Below are positions 1-9,517 of a stretch of 64,000 bases of DNA, in pieces (position 1 is the stretch's first letter; each line of letters begins with the position of its first letter). The position numbers were made by a program, and so were the translations under genes. A model generated the notes under the pieces. The model was not told where the DNA came from, did no database searches, and worked only from the letters and a program-made list of their open reading frames with translations. This DNA comes from an uncultured cyanobacterium. Its GTDB lineage: Bacteria > Cyanobacteriota > Cyanobacteriia > Cyanobacteriales > CAWCAG01. The stretch is from NCBI GenBank assembly GCA_963793425.1, contig CAWCAG010000001.1, positions 224,001 through 288,000 of the forward strand. Direction: 5' to 3'.

Positions 1-67
1 TAGATATAAATAGATAAAAAGCTTTTGTCCTTTTTAAATATATGACTTATTGTTCGCATTTGTCAAG

Positions 68-967
68 ATGAAACCCAATCCCTATTCACTCCGTCGTCAA
101 CCCCAGCAAAAACGTAGTCAAGAGCGTGTTGAAAGGATCTTAGATGCAGCAGCAATCGTATTTGATGAAGTTGGTTTTGAAGCGGCTACTACCCATGGAA
201 TCGCAGCCCGTGCCGATACAGCAGTAGGCTCCCTGTATCAATTCTTCCCTGATAAATTAGCCATTTTCAATGCTTTAGAGTTACGCCATGTTGATCGCGT
301 CTACATTATTTGGGAGAAACTGTTTCGTCCGGAAATCGGGCAATTACCGTTTCCTGATTTTATTCACACGGTAATAACCCAATTTCAAAAGCTATTTGAG
401 CAACCTACTTCACGCATTATTTTTATTCAGTTTTATACTTCCCCAACACTTTTTAAAAATATTGATAATAGCTTTACTCAAGAGGCTATTCAGTTGATGG
501 CGAAGCTACTACAAACCCGTAACCCAAATTTAACAGATGAGCGTAGTCAGCTATTAGGAGAAATATGCGTTCATGGTGTAAACACTCTGATTTTACTGGC
601 ACTGCGTAGTAATACAAACCATTCTCAAGAGATTTTCAATGAGATTGAAGCTTTACTTAAAGCATATTTGCAAGCAGATATTGGTGATGAGGTTATTAAT
701 GATGATTCAATTAAGCCGCTGGAGAAACTAGTAAGATTATATAAACTTAACTCTCGTCAAAGCTTAATCTTAAAATATGCTACTCAATGCCAAGAAATAA
801 CCATCAAAAACTGTGAAGCGATGTTTCCCGATGTTTCTCGGCGTACTCTGCAAAGAGATTTGAAAGGGATGCTTGAGCAAAAATTACTTCTTCCTCAAGG
901 TAGTACTGATCAACGTTGTTATTGTCTCAACTCCAAACTTGCGACAACTTACGACGAAAGAAATTAA
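68..967 (+). CDS. TetR/AcrR family transcriptional regulator with an extra C-terminal winged-HTH
   Basis: N-terminal TetR HTH (ILDAAAIVFDEVGFEAATTHGIAARADTAVGSLYQFF). The C-terminal LNSRQ...VSRRTLQRDLKGM resembles a DeoR/Fic-type wHTH. ATG at 68 preferred over TTG at 50. Confidence 0.85.
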   Translation: MKPNPYSLRRQPQQKRSQERVERILDAAAIVFDEVGFEAATTHGIAARADTAVGSLYQFFPDKLAIFNALELRHVDRVYIIWEKLFRPEIGQLPFPDFIHTVITQFQKLFEQPTSRIIFIQFYTSPTLFKNIDNSFTQEAIQLMAKLLQTRNPNLTDERSQLLGEICVHGVNTLILLALRSNTNHSQEIFNEIEALLKAYLQADIGDEVINDDSIKPLEKLVRLYKLNSRQSLILKYATQCQEITIKNCEAMFPDVSRRTLQRDLKGMLEQKLLLPQGSTDQRCYCLNSKLATTYDERN

Positions 968-993
968 GCTTCAAAGCTGGGGGCATAGAAAAT

Positions 994-1017
994 ATATAAG
1001 CAAGCGCTTGCTTATAT
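994..1017. promoter_or_regulatory. 24-bp perfect palindrome, probable TetR operator
   Basis: ATATAAGCAAGCGCTTGCTTATAT is a perfect palindrome directly before a TATGAT -10-like box (1021-1026), upstream of ORF 1063 and between two TetR genes. Confidence 0.65.
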
Positions 1018-1062
1018 TGCTATGATGTTGAACATAGTTTCATCAAACAAACCGTATTAGCC

Positions 1063-1515
1063 ATGCCTCAGCATTTAGACATAAATTCCAACATTACTCT
1101 AGGGCAAGCAATCCAAGAATTGCGCCTTGTAGAAGAGAAGAAAAGCGATATTTCCCTGAAAATGTCCCATGAAATATCACAGATATTTGAACAACACGAT
1201 GCAGTACATCTATTATTTGCTTGCCGCACCACAACAGTCGAAGATGAAATTGCAGCGCATATATGGATGCTTTTTGGTACAACTGCAAAGCTGAGTGAAA
1301 TGCAACAAGTTGTTGCTAATCAAGAACATGGTAATGTTCTTTCAGGAATCGGCCACTTAAAATTGCTGAGTATTTGGTTAAGCTGTTTTCCGCGTATTCT
1401 CAGCATTTTGCTCAAATGTTCACAGATGAAAAAAAGGTTAGCCTTAAAGGAGATTGAAAAACTTAAAAAGCAACCAATTAAGGAAATTCGTCATCAACAT
1501 GGCATTGTGATTTAA
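1063..1515 (+). CDS. hypothetical protein, Coq4-like HDxxH metal-binding motif
   Basis: 150-aa ORF with HDAVHLLF...EDE motif. Confidence 0.55.
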   Translation: MPQHLDINSNITLGQAIQELRLVEEKKSDISLKMSHEISQIFEQHDAVHLLFACRTTTVEDEIAAHIWMLFGTTAKLSEMQQVVANQEHGNVLSGIGHLKLLSIWLSCFPRILSILLKCSQMKKRLALKEIEKLKKQPIKEIRHQHGIVI

Positions 1516-1627
1516 TTATTAAGCAATAGTTTATCGGTAATAAGCACAGCAAAAGTCCATCAAAGCTATATGTATGAAACAATTGAGTTAGCAACTAGCA
1601 ATTAGAGCTTCCTTAACTATAATTCCG

Positions 1628-2203
1628 ATGCCCCGTAACAAAACCATAACTGATGAGGAAATTCTAACCGTAGCCCGTCAACTCTTTCTCGAAAAAGGTA
1701 TTAACACTTCTACACGAGATATTGCGAAAGGGGCTGGTATTTCTGAAGCTGTTATTTATCAACGTTTTGGTACAAAGGAAGATTTCTTTTTCACAGCTAT
1801 GAAATTACCCCAGGCTCAACTTGATGCGATATTCTCGATTAGAGTCGGAGAAGCAACAGTAATTGAAAACCTTGAGTATATGAGTTTGAGGATTATTGAT
1901 TACTTCCGTGAGGTAATGCCAGTTTTTTTGACACTTATCAGCCATCCATCATTCAACATGGAAACTTTCTTGGAAAAACATAGTGTACCAGCTATGGAAC
2001 TTAAGGAGAGACTATCAGATTATCTCCTTGAGGAATCAAAATTAGGGCGAGTTGGGCAGAATAATCTTGTTGTTGCTGGTGATGTTTTGCTGGCTAACTT
2101 ACATAATATTGCCTTGTATGAGACGATTGGTACACCGAAAACCAAAGTTGACAGCTATGTCAAGGAGACAATCTTTTTGTTATGGCAGGGATTGTCCCCA
2201 TAA
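1628..2203 (+). CDS. TetR/AcrR family transcriptional regulator
   Basis: MPRNKTITDEEIL...STRDIAKGAGISEAVIYQRFGTKEDFF TetR HTH. Confidence 0.9.
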   Translation: MPRNKTITDEEILTVARQLFLEKGINTSTRDIAKGAGISEAVIYQRFGTKEDFFFTAMKLPQAQLDAIFSIRVGEATVIENLEYMSLRIIDYFREVMPVFLTLISHPSFNMETFLEKHSVPAMELKERLSDYLLEESKLGRVGQNNLVVAGDVLLANLHNIALYETIGTPKTKVDSYVKETIFLLWQGLSP

Positions 2204-2241
2204 AACACTAAAGAGGAAACTTGCTTTAAATAAGAATTATT

Positions 2242-2298
2242 GTAGGGTGGGCAAAGTGAGCGAAATTAGCCTCAAATATATATCTGCCTTTGCCCACC
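2242..2298 (+). repeat. GTAG-type REP-like inverted repeat
   Basis: GTAG-GGTGGGCAAAG ... CTTTGCCCACC in an intergenic region. Confidence 0.55.
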
Positions 2299-2328
2299 GC
2301 AATTAATTAGGCAACTCCTGGGAAAATA

Positions 2329-3246
2329 GTGGGCAAGGGCCACAAAACAAGCTTAATCAGCAAAATGGTAAAGAGGAGACTTGCTTTGAATAAGTTTTTA
2401 CTGAGTATCAGCGCTTTTTTAGCCATCGCCTATGTAGGAATTTGTGTTAGTTTGCTGTTTTGGCAGAATCATCTTATTTTTTTTCCTGCCCAAACCATCT
2501 CTTTCACTCCTAAAAGTTTGGGGATGGTTTATGAGGATATTTGGTTAGAAGTTGGTGAAGGGGAAAGTCTTCATGGCTGGTGGCTTCCTGCTAATTCTGA
2601 AACTAAAGGAGTTTTGCTTTATCTTCATGGTAATGGTGGTAACGTCAGCGATAATTTAGAACACGCTAGGCGTTTTCAACAAATGGGTTTTTCTGTATTC
2701 ATCTTTGATTATCGCGGTTATGGTTACAGCGAAGGAGATTTCCCCACGGAAGCACAGGTTTATAAAGATGCAGGAATCGCCTGGGATTATTTAGTCAAAA
2801 CCAGACAAATTGAACCCCAAAATATCTTTCTCTATGGTCATTCTTTAGGAGGGGCGATCGCCATTGATTTAGCAGTTAAACAGCCGGAAATAGCAGGTTT
2901 GATTGTTCAAGGCTCTTTCACCTCTATGAAAGATATGTCAGTGGTTAGGAAAGAATACCGCCTCTTCCCAAATTTCTTAGTACATCAAGAATTCGACTCT
3001 ATGAGTAAAATTGAGAATTTAAAAATGCCTGTATTAGTTATTCATGGCACTAGCGATGGAACTGTTCCCCATACCATGAGCGAAGAGTTGTATGAAGCAC
3101 TTTTAGTTCCCAAACAACTTTACCTTGTTCCTAACGCTGGGCATAATGACCTTGCTACGGTAGCTGGGCCACAATATCAGCAGAAGATTAAAGAGTTTGT
3201 TGAATTAATTGTTAGCCCCAGAAGTGAGCAAGATTATATTTTTTAG
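2329..3246 (+). CDS. alpha/beta hydrolase (ABHD13/BEM46-like) with N-terminal membrane anchor
   Basis: YLHGNGGN, DYRGYG, nucleophile GHSLGG, HGTSD, GHND. True start may be slightly downstream. Confidence 0.9.
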   Translation: MGKGHKTSLISKMVKRRLALNKFLLSISAFLAIAYVGICVSLLFWQNHLIFFPAQTISFTPKSLGMVYEDIWLEVGEGESLHGWWLPANSETKGVLLYLHGNGGNVSDNLEHARRFQQMGFSVFIFDYRGYGYSEGDFPTEAQVYKDAGIAWDYLVKTRQIEPQNIFLYGHSLGGAIAIDLAVKQPEIAGLIVQGSFTSMKDMSVVRKEYRLFPNFLVHQEFDSMSKIENLKMPVLVIHGTSDGTVPHTMSEELYEALLVPKQLYLVPNAGHNDLATVAGPQYQQKIKEFVELIVSPRSEQDYIF

Positions 3247-3269
3247 CTATTTACGCAATGTGCAACTAA

Positions 3270-4831
3270 TTAAGTTTGCTCTTTTATTGACGAACTAAAT
3301 ACTGCAATTATATTCTTATAAAGTTCAGCAAAGCTATTCTGGTAACTATTTTCTATTAGTTTTTCTTGCTTTTCACCAGTAGCTAAATCTAATAAATAAT
3401 AAGTTATTGACATCTTTTCAGGACATTTTAGTCCTTTTTCTTTGCACCACTTCTCTACAGCTTTAGGGCGATCTTGATCAGGAATATCTTCTAAAGATGT
3501 TAAAGAGTTTTCTGAATATTCCTCATTCCAATTCTTTATTTGTTCCTTAACGGCTTCTAAATATAAGTCTTTGCGAATATAATCTTCTAATACTGTTGCT
3601 TCGCCCCCATTTGGTAATTTAAAGATTCTTTTTTCTTCAATTCCAGATTCTTGTAACTGTTTTTTATACTTATCTCCCTCTTTGTCATTGTCTACCAAAA
3701 AAGCCACTTTAGAACCATGATTTTCTAGTAAACCAAAATCAGCTTTTGCTGTCATCGCTATCCCTGGTACAACTTGGAATCCTAAATGGTCTTTTTGAGT
3801 AGCTTGACGCAATAAAGTGGGTAACAATAGCATATCCGTTGCACCTTCAACAAAAACAGATTGCCGAATTGCCATAAATGCTAATTGATTTGCTCCCATA
3901 CCAAAAAGTAAAGGCAAAACCCCTGAACGTTTATCTGTTGACCAGAAAGGCTTTTTAATTGTGCTTCTTTCTTCTGTATCTTCTGACGGAGAAACCAACT
4001 TAACTCCTGTCCCTAAATCTTCAGGTAAGCAACCTACAGAATGAGTTGTATAGATGATTTTTGCAGCGAATTGTTGTTTTGTGAACATCTCAACAATATC
4101 TGCTTGAGCATCATAATGTAAATGCAACTCTGCTTCATCAATTAATAAAACGGGTTGTTTAGCACGCTTCACTTCCAAAAAGTTGATTAAAGCAACAAAT
4201 TGCCTTAATCCATCACTTCTTTTAGCAATATCAAAAAAATCCTTTTCTTTATTTTCAATCATAATTATTAAGACTTGTCCATTTACATCAAGAATTGGAT
4301 TAATTTTTGATTGTGACCATTTTCCTTTGTAAATTTCCTGAACTTTATTATTGCCTTTATCTATTATTGATTTAATTATATCAGGACTTTTAAATGCCTT
4401 ACTAATTTTGTCAATATCCAGTTCAGCTATTTCTAATAAGTTTCTGAGGGCTTTTTTTGGTTTCAGACTACTCAATTGCGCCAAATTAAAAGAAGATTCT
4501 AAATAGCGCTCTTCATCACTAAACAATAAGAATATAGGAATATTCTCTTTCAATATTTCTATAGCTTTTTGATTAGAATCTATATCTTGTTCATACTGTA
4601 GCAATTGATCAATGCTGCTTGCTACATTTTCTAGATGATCTTGCTTCGCTGAAATGTCGTCTTCACCTGTTGTCTGTGTTTTTGATATCGCTTCACTACA
4701 TTTCTTCAAATCCTTCTGAAGTGTGGAGTCTAAATTATCGTTTTGTTCTCCAGGTTTGTTTAACTGAGTAATCAATTCTTGACATTCTCAAAACGCTTAA
4801 ATCCGTTTAACTTGACCCAGTTTAAATCCAT
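3270..4831 (-). pseudogene. OLD-like ATP-dependent nuclease (ABC/AAA ATPase + TOPRIM), internally deleted
   Basis: ORF 3270-4775 has signature RSDGLRQF, Walker B LLIDEAELHLH, H-loop YTTHS, TOPRIM FVEGATD and DND, but no Walker A. The apparent native N-terminus MDLNWVKLNGFKRFENV lies out of frame at 4831-4781. Confidence 0.75.
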
Positions 4832-5111
4832 TATGATGTAATTGTTCCTTTTTGCTAATCAAGATAACGTTTAGTGGAGCAAAAAAAAGCTTGATGGGAA
4901 AAAGTCTTGTTTTATTTTTCCTTGACATGATACTATATACATAATGGGAAAGGTGTGCGCTTAGAAACTGTTTTTCAAACCACTTTTGCTCTTCAATGAT
5001 TCCGGGTTTGAGAAAAAAGCCTTAAACAATTTTCAGAGGCGATCGCTCTTTTGGTTTGCCAATGCTAAGTTTGCAACCATGCTTAAAGATGGAATCGCCA
5101 AAATTAAAATA

Positions 5112-5183
5112 AGCGGGTAATGGGACTCGAACCCACGACATTCACCTTGGGAAGGTGACGTTCTACCACTGAACTATACCCGC
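5112..5183 (-). tRNA. tRNA-Gly (CCC)
   Basis: Minus strand GCGGGTATAGTTCAGTGGTAGAACGTCACCTTCCCAAGGTGAATGTCGTGGGTTCGAGTCCCATTACCCGCT forms a cloverleaf with anticodon CCC and TTCGA T-loop. CCA is not encoded. Confidence 0.97.
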
Positions 5184-5279
5184 ATTAAGCTTGCTACATT
5201 ATAGAACTGAATCTTACCAATGAGCATAAACTTGTAGCAAATTGTGACTAAGCAGATGTATACGCAAATTACACATCAT

Positions 5280-5786
5280 CTATCTCAAATGCAACAAATT
5301 CCTTCCTGTAGCCCTTAAGTATAAAAAGATGGGAAACTGATAATATTCAATAGTAATCCAGAGTATAAAACTTAAATGGGCGACAAAAGTTAACCCAGTC
5401 CAAAAAACAGGAAACCACCCTAAAGTACTTCCCGGCAGAGGAGGAAATAAATAAGCGCCTAAACCAATAATTGTCGTGGGAAGAATCAGAAAAATAAATC
5501 CAGCTATAACGTAGATCCAAGCTGCTTCTGTTTTCTGCTGCTGTAAGCTATTCCAGCTTTTACCATTCCAATGCCAACTTAAGGGTAGCTGTCGATCAGC
5601 AATTTTCATTAACTGCTTTTCAAAATCTACTGTAAAAATGTGGCTGCAAAAGTTACAAGCGAAAGCTTCCATTAAGGGCATACTAGAAACTTTACCGCGA
5701 TGACAAATGGGACAAGGATAAGTATCGTAGCTATTAAAAGAAGAATTAAAGTTGCTTTTAGACATGGTATGAGGATGGGTTAGCAA
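5280..5786 (-). CDS. conserved hypothetical membrane protein with N-terminal zinc ribbon
   Basis: CPICHRG...CNFC plus two TM segments. Start may be ATG near 5765. Confidence 0.7.
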   Translation of the reverse strand: MLTHPHTMSKSNFNSSFNSYDTYPCPICHRGKVSSMPLMEAFACNFCSHIFTVDFEKQLMKIADRQLPLSWHWNGKSWNSLQQQKTEAAWIYVIAGFIFLILPTTIIGLGAYLFPPLPGSTLGWFPVFWTGLTFVAHLSFILWITIEYYQFPIFLYLRATGRNLLHLR

Positions 5787-5804
5787 GAAGTTGCTTGAGT
5801 ATTC

Positions 5805-5996
5805 TCAACTATTTGCTTCTGAAAAGGGGGCTGGAGTAACCTGTATAGTGTAATGTTTGTTTTCAAATATAAATTCACTGTAGTCAGCAATACTATCCAA
5901 TCCTAGGAAGTTAAGAAGCGCCTCAGCAAACAACCAAACAACTGATTTTACTAGTAGCTGTTTCCATAGTACATTCATTAATGTTAACCTTTCCAC
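5805..5996 (-). CDS. small hypothetical protein
   Basis: KSVVWLFAEALLNFLGLDSIADYSEFIF resembles a conserved small cyanobacterial protein. Start uncertain. Confidence 0.55.
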   Translation of the reverse strand: MERLTLMNVLWKQLLVKSVVWLFAEALLNFLGLDSIADYSEFIFENKHYTIQVTPAPFSEANS

Positions 5997-6190
5997 GAAA
6001 GAGTAGGATATCGCAACTCAGAAAGCTACTCTCCTCAGTATCTAAGGTTGGTATTTGCGCTGGGGTTGCCTTCAAGTTTGATTTCTGTATAACTTTTCTC
6101 TTAATTAATTTTGAAACTGCCTAGTCATTTTTGTTGAAACAAAACAGTATTAAAATATACACACATCTAAAAACCTACCATTGTTAGCTT

Positions 6191-6364
6191 TTAGATGTTT
6201 TTTGCCTTGCTCTGGCTTATTTTAGTAACGGCTTGTAAACCAGAATAACGACTGCCTTCTGTAGTGACTAGGAATGTTGGGTTTCGGCTTACCTGTTTTT
6301 TGCTCGGTTGGCTTAAAGTGCTTTGGTTAAAAGCTTGTTTCGCAATTTCTTGGATTAAAATCAT
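6191..6364 (-). CDS. 57-aa small hypothetical ORF (possibly degenerate)
   Basis: Manual translation MILIQEIAKQAFNQSTLSQPSKKQVSRNPTFLVTTEGSRYSGLQAVTKISQSKAKNI*, co-oriented with neighbours. Confidence 0.35.
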   Translation of the reverse strand: MILIQEIAKQAFNQSTLSQPSKKQVSRNPTFLVTTEGSRYSGLQAVTKISQSKAKNI

Positions 6365-6532
6365 CGCTTTTATTAATTATTTTCTACAACTTAAGTATCA
6401 CTTTTTTTTACAGAAATCTAAGTGATTTCTCCCCTAAAAAGATTGTGAAAATAATCATCCTCAGAGGTGACAAAGCAAGCTAAGACTAAGTGATTTCAGT
6501 TACAACTTTATGATGATAAGTAAAAAATCGGG

Positions 6533-6751
6533 CTAAAGCTCATTCGTAACCCTGACTTTACCTTTCACAACTGCCCTTAATAACCTATTGATGGCTCTCC
6601 TCTCTTCTTCGTTAAGAAGTTCATCAAAAGCTGCAGCCATTAATCCATAACGGTCTGCTTTGGTTAGCCTTCCAGTTTCGCTACTAGAAGCCAAAATCTC
6701 TGAAATAGCACCAGGTAGCAGTTGAACAGGAGGTGTTTTGACTGAGTTCAT
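6533..6751 (-). CDS. conserved small hypothetical protein (paralog of 22230-22448)
   Basis: VQLLPGAISEIL...ADRYGLMAAA...ERRAINRLLRA shared with ORF at 22230. Confidence 0.8.
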   Translation of the reverse strand: MNSVKTPPVQLLPGAISEILASSSETGRLTKADRYGLMAAAFDELLNEEERRAINRLLRAVVKGKVRVTNEL

Positions 6752-6892
6752 TAAATTCTATTACTCTTTCTCTTCAGTAAAATTGTTTACGAAAGACATA
6801 CATGACTTTAGCATACTTTCATCACAAGGAAAGAGGTAAAAAGCAAGCTTTTAGATGTATTAGTAGAAATACACAATGAGCGATCGCTAAAC

Positions 6893-7366
6893 ATGATTAA
6901 ACCTTGGATGATAATTGGTGCAGTTACCTTCTTGGTAGGTTCAGCAGGAAGTCTTTTGAGATCCCAGGATAGAAAGTGGTTTATGCACCTGCGTCGTCCC
7001 CGGTGGTTAACCTTTGAAAAAGCAATTCCTCTTATTTGGATCTTTGTCTTTATCTGTGGGGCTGTCTCTGCCACCTTAGTCTGGCGAGAAAATCCTGGTA
7101 GCAACTATACCTGGTTCTTGATGTCCTTCTATCTTTTGGTAGAGATAACTATAGTTGCTTATACGCCGTTAATGTGCCTTAGCCGTAGCTTGATAGTTGG
7201 TACTGTTATTGGGGGAGTTGGCTTTTTGCTGGGTGTCATTTTGACTCTGCTAGTTTTCCCAGTCTCTAATACCGCAGCCTTCCTACTTTTCCCTTATATT
7301 ATTTGGAGTCCTATTGGTACATATACTACCTGGGAAATGAGTCGCCTCAACCCAGAGAGTAAATAA
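6893..7366 (+). CDS. TspO/MBR family tryptophan-rich sensory protein
   Basis: WFMHLRRPRWL, five TM helices, LLFPYIIW motif. Confidence 0.85.
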   Translation: MIKPWMIIGAVTFLVGSAGSLLRSQDRKWFMHLRRPRWLTFEKAIPLIWIFVFICGAVSATLVWRENPGSNYTWFLMSFYLLVEITIVAYTPLMCLSRSLIVGTVIGGVGFLLGVILTLLVFPVSNTAAFLLFPYIIWSPIGTYTTWEMSRLNPESK

Positions 7367-7385
7367 AGCAAAATAAGAGTTAAGC

Positions 7386-7477
7386 GTGAGGTACAGCCTA
7401 GATTTTGCTAATAGCTAGTGGCTAGTAGAAATATGGAAATAGACCAAATGTATCTCATGACTACGAGAAAGGCTATA
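7386..7477. mobile_element. remnant of a cyanobacterial MITE-like inverted-repeat element
   Basis: GTGAGGTACA ... TGTATCTCAT-GACTACGAGAAAGGCTATA. Inner inverted repeat and a GCTATA right end are present, while the left outer end is degraded. Confidence 0.45.
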
Positions 7478-7554
7478 AAGTATCTTCCTACCTAAGAGAA
7501 AATAAACTACTGTAAGCACAAAAATATTACTTTTAGTAATTCCCTAACTACTAC

Positions 7555-7776
7555 TTACCTCTGGCGGGGAAGTACGTAGTTAATTCTTTTGCCTAGAAAA
7601 GGAACTGTCACGATTAGTAACTTAATAGCAAGGGGTGCAAAGAAAAGACTCAAGAATAAGCAGAGTAAGGCACAAAAAGCCGCAGCTACTTGAATTATTT
7701 CTTCTTCAGCATTAATGCTGAAATATACAGCTACTGAAGTAAGCAAAATGGAGATTAATAGCGGCACTAGCATCAA
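7555..7776 (-). CDS. small hypothetical membrane protein
   Basis: 73-aa hydrophobic ORF with GAGG RBS upstream. Confidence 0.65.
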   Translation of the reverse strand: MMLVPLLISILLTSVAVYFSINAEEEIIQVAAAFCALLCLFLSLFFAPLAIKLLIVTVPFLGKRINYVLPRQR

Positions 7777-8094
7777 AACTACCTCTTTATTGTTAGATGC
7801 GGTGCGTTCCTTCGAGATAAAACTCTACTTCCGTCTCCCTATGTATCACCTTTTAGGACTAAGAAGAGAGATGAACGATTTGTCCGGTTACGCATTAATA
7901 CTTACAGATATTAAGTTTAATGTCAATACTTTGAACTAATTGGGCAATTAATTTTCCTGAACTAAAGTATAAAAAAAGCAAATCATATTTGCTCAGACTA
8001 TTAAGGAGAAAGAGCTTCAGGGAACAAACAACTTCCTCTCTAAACTACTATTTTGTCAAGGAATAAAGTTCACGGGGTTCTGCTCCTTGCTCCC

Positions 8095-8121
8095 TGTAGC
8101 CTACGGCAAGGCTAACGCCAA
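8095..8121. repeat. small dispersed repeat (double mini-hairpin, SDR-like), copy 1
   Basis: TGTAGCCTACGGCAAGGCTAACGCCAA, related copies at 41290 and 57609. Confidence 0.6.
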
Positions 8122-8218
8122 CCCTGCTCCCCACCCTAACAGACAAGTCATGCAACAAGGGCAGGATTTGGTATGATTTTGCCATAGAGTATAAATTGAA
8201 TAACTTCTACTGAGAATT

Positions 8219-8431
8219 ATGGGTGAAGCAAAACGGCGTAAAGAAGCTTTAGGAGATAAATATGGTGAGGAAAAAGGACTCCTTCCTTGGGTTCCTCTCA
8301 CCAAAAGCCAAGCGGAGCAGTTTGTGAAAATAACCACAAAAGGGGCTTGGATTGGTATAGGGCTTTTAGTACTATCCTGGATTAGTATTCGCTTTGTTGG
8401 GCCAGCTTTTGGTTGGTGGGATGTCATGTAG
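8219..8431 (+). CDS. DUF2839 family protein
   Basis: MGEAKRRK N-terminus and RFVGPAFGWW C-terminus. Confidence 0.85.
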   Translation: MGEAKRRKEALGDKYGEEKGLLPWVPLTKSQAEQFVKITTKGAWIGIGLLVLSWISIRFVGPAFGWWDVM

Positions 8432-8455
8432 GTAAGCAAATTCCCTGGGTTTTGC

Positions 8456-9517
8456 TCAAAGGAATTTATCAAACTTAGCTTGTTGTTGTAATAACTTAAG
8501 TACTTTTTTAATGTCTTGAGTTCTTCGTTTATCTACCACCAAAGTCGCTTTGCCAGCGCGGACAACAACTACATTTTCTAAACCAATAGTTACAATCACC
8601 TCATCTTCATCACTGGCATAGATAATAGAATCTTGAGTATCCATGCCGACATGATTGGCTAATTCCACATTGGCTTGATCCTCTTTTAAAAGCCTCTCTA
8701 GAGCATTCCAGTCTCCTAAATCGTCCCAACCAAAGTTAGCTGGGAGAACATAAGCTAGTTGGGTTTTTTCCATTAAGGCATAATCAATGCTCTTTTTTTC
8801 CAATTGAGAGTATGCTTTGCTCCCCTTTTCTTGTAAAAGCTTGATCATAGTGGGAGCATATTTTTGTAACTCAGCTAAGGCAACCCCTGCCCGAAAAATA
8901 AACATACCACTGTTCCAGCTAAATTTTCCGGTGCTAAGAAAAGATTGGGCCGTAGCTTGATCAGGCTTCTCTGTGAAACGGCTTACTTGATAAACAGGAA
9001 AATCTCCATAGGTTCCTTCGAGTTTTCCTTGTTCAATATAACCATAACCTGTAGAAGGATAATCAGGAGCGATTCCCAAAGTAACAATAGTATCCTTGGC
9101 TACAGCCAACTCCGCAGCAGCAGAAAGAGTGTTATGGTAAGCGGCGCGATCGCCAATCCAATGATCCGCCGGAAAGAAACCAACCACAGCATCATTGCCA
9201 TAGCGTTTAGCTGCTTCAATAGTAGCCCAGGCTACAGCAGGAGCCGTATCTTTTCCTTCCGGTTCCACTAACAAATTAGCTTGGGGCAACTCTGGTAACT
9301 GTTCCTCAATCCCCTTAGCTATTTGAGCATTCGTCACCACCCAAAGTTTATCCCAGCCTCCTGCTAAATCCAGTAGGCGCTCTGCTGTTGCCTGCAACAA
9401 ACTCTTGCCACTACCGTCAAGGGAAAGAAACTGTTTGGGGTGCATTCTGCGGCTGAGAGGCCAAAATCTTTCTCCTTTTCCACCAGCTAAGATTATGGGT
9501 ATCAAGGTTTTGGTCAT
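8456..9517 (-). CDS. manC: mannose-1-phosphate guanylyltransferase
   Basis: ILAGGKGERFWPLSR...PKQFL, EPEGKDTAPA, FTEKP, WNSGMF, SIDYALMEK, GWDDLGDW. Confidence 0.93.
   Translation of the reverse strand: MTKTLIPIILAGGKGERFWPLSRRMHPKQFLSLDGSGKSLLQATAERLLDLAGGWDKLWVVTNAQIAKGIEEQLPELPQANLLVEPEGKDTAPAVAWATIEAAKRYGNDAVVGFFPADHWIGDRAAYHNTLSAAAELAVAKDTIVTLGIAPDYPSTGYGYIEQGKLEGTYGDFPVYQVSRFTEKPDQATAQSFLSTGKFSWNSGMFIFRAGVALAELQKYAPTMIKLLQEKGSKAYSQLEKKSIDYALMEKTQLAYVLPANFGWDDLGDWNALERLLKEDQANVELANHVGMDTQDSIIYASDEDEVIVTIGLENVVVVRAGKATLVVDKRRTQDIKKVLKLLQQQAKFDKFL

Noticed and set aside
3200..5183. Intact integrative element at tRNA-Gly
   Set aside because: No integrase and no duplicated tRNA 3' end (att) found by eye.
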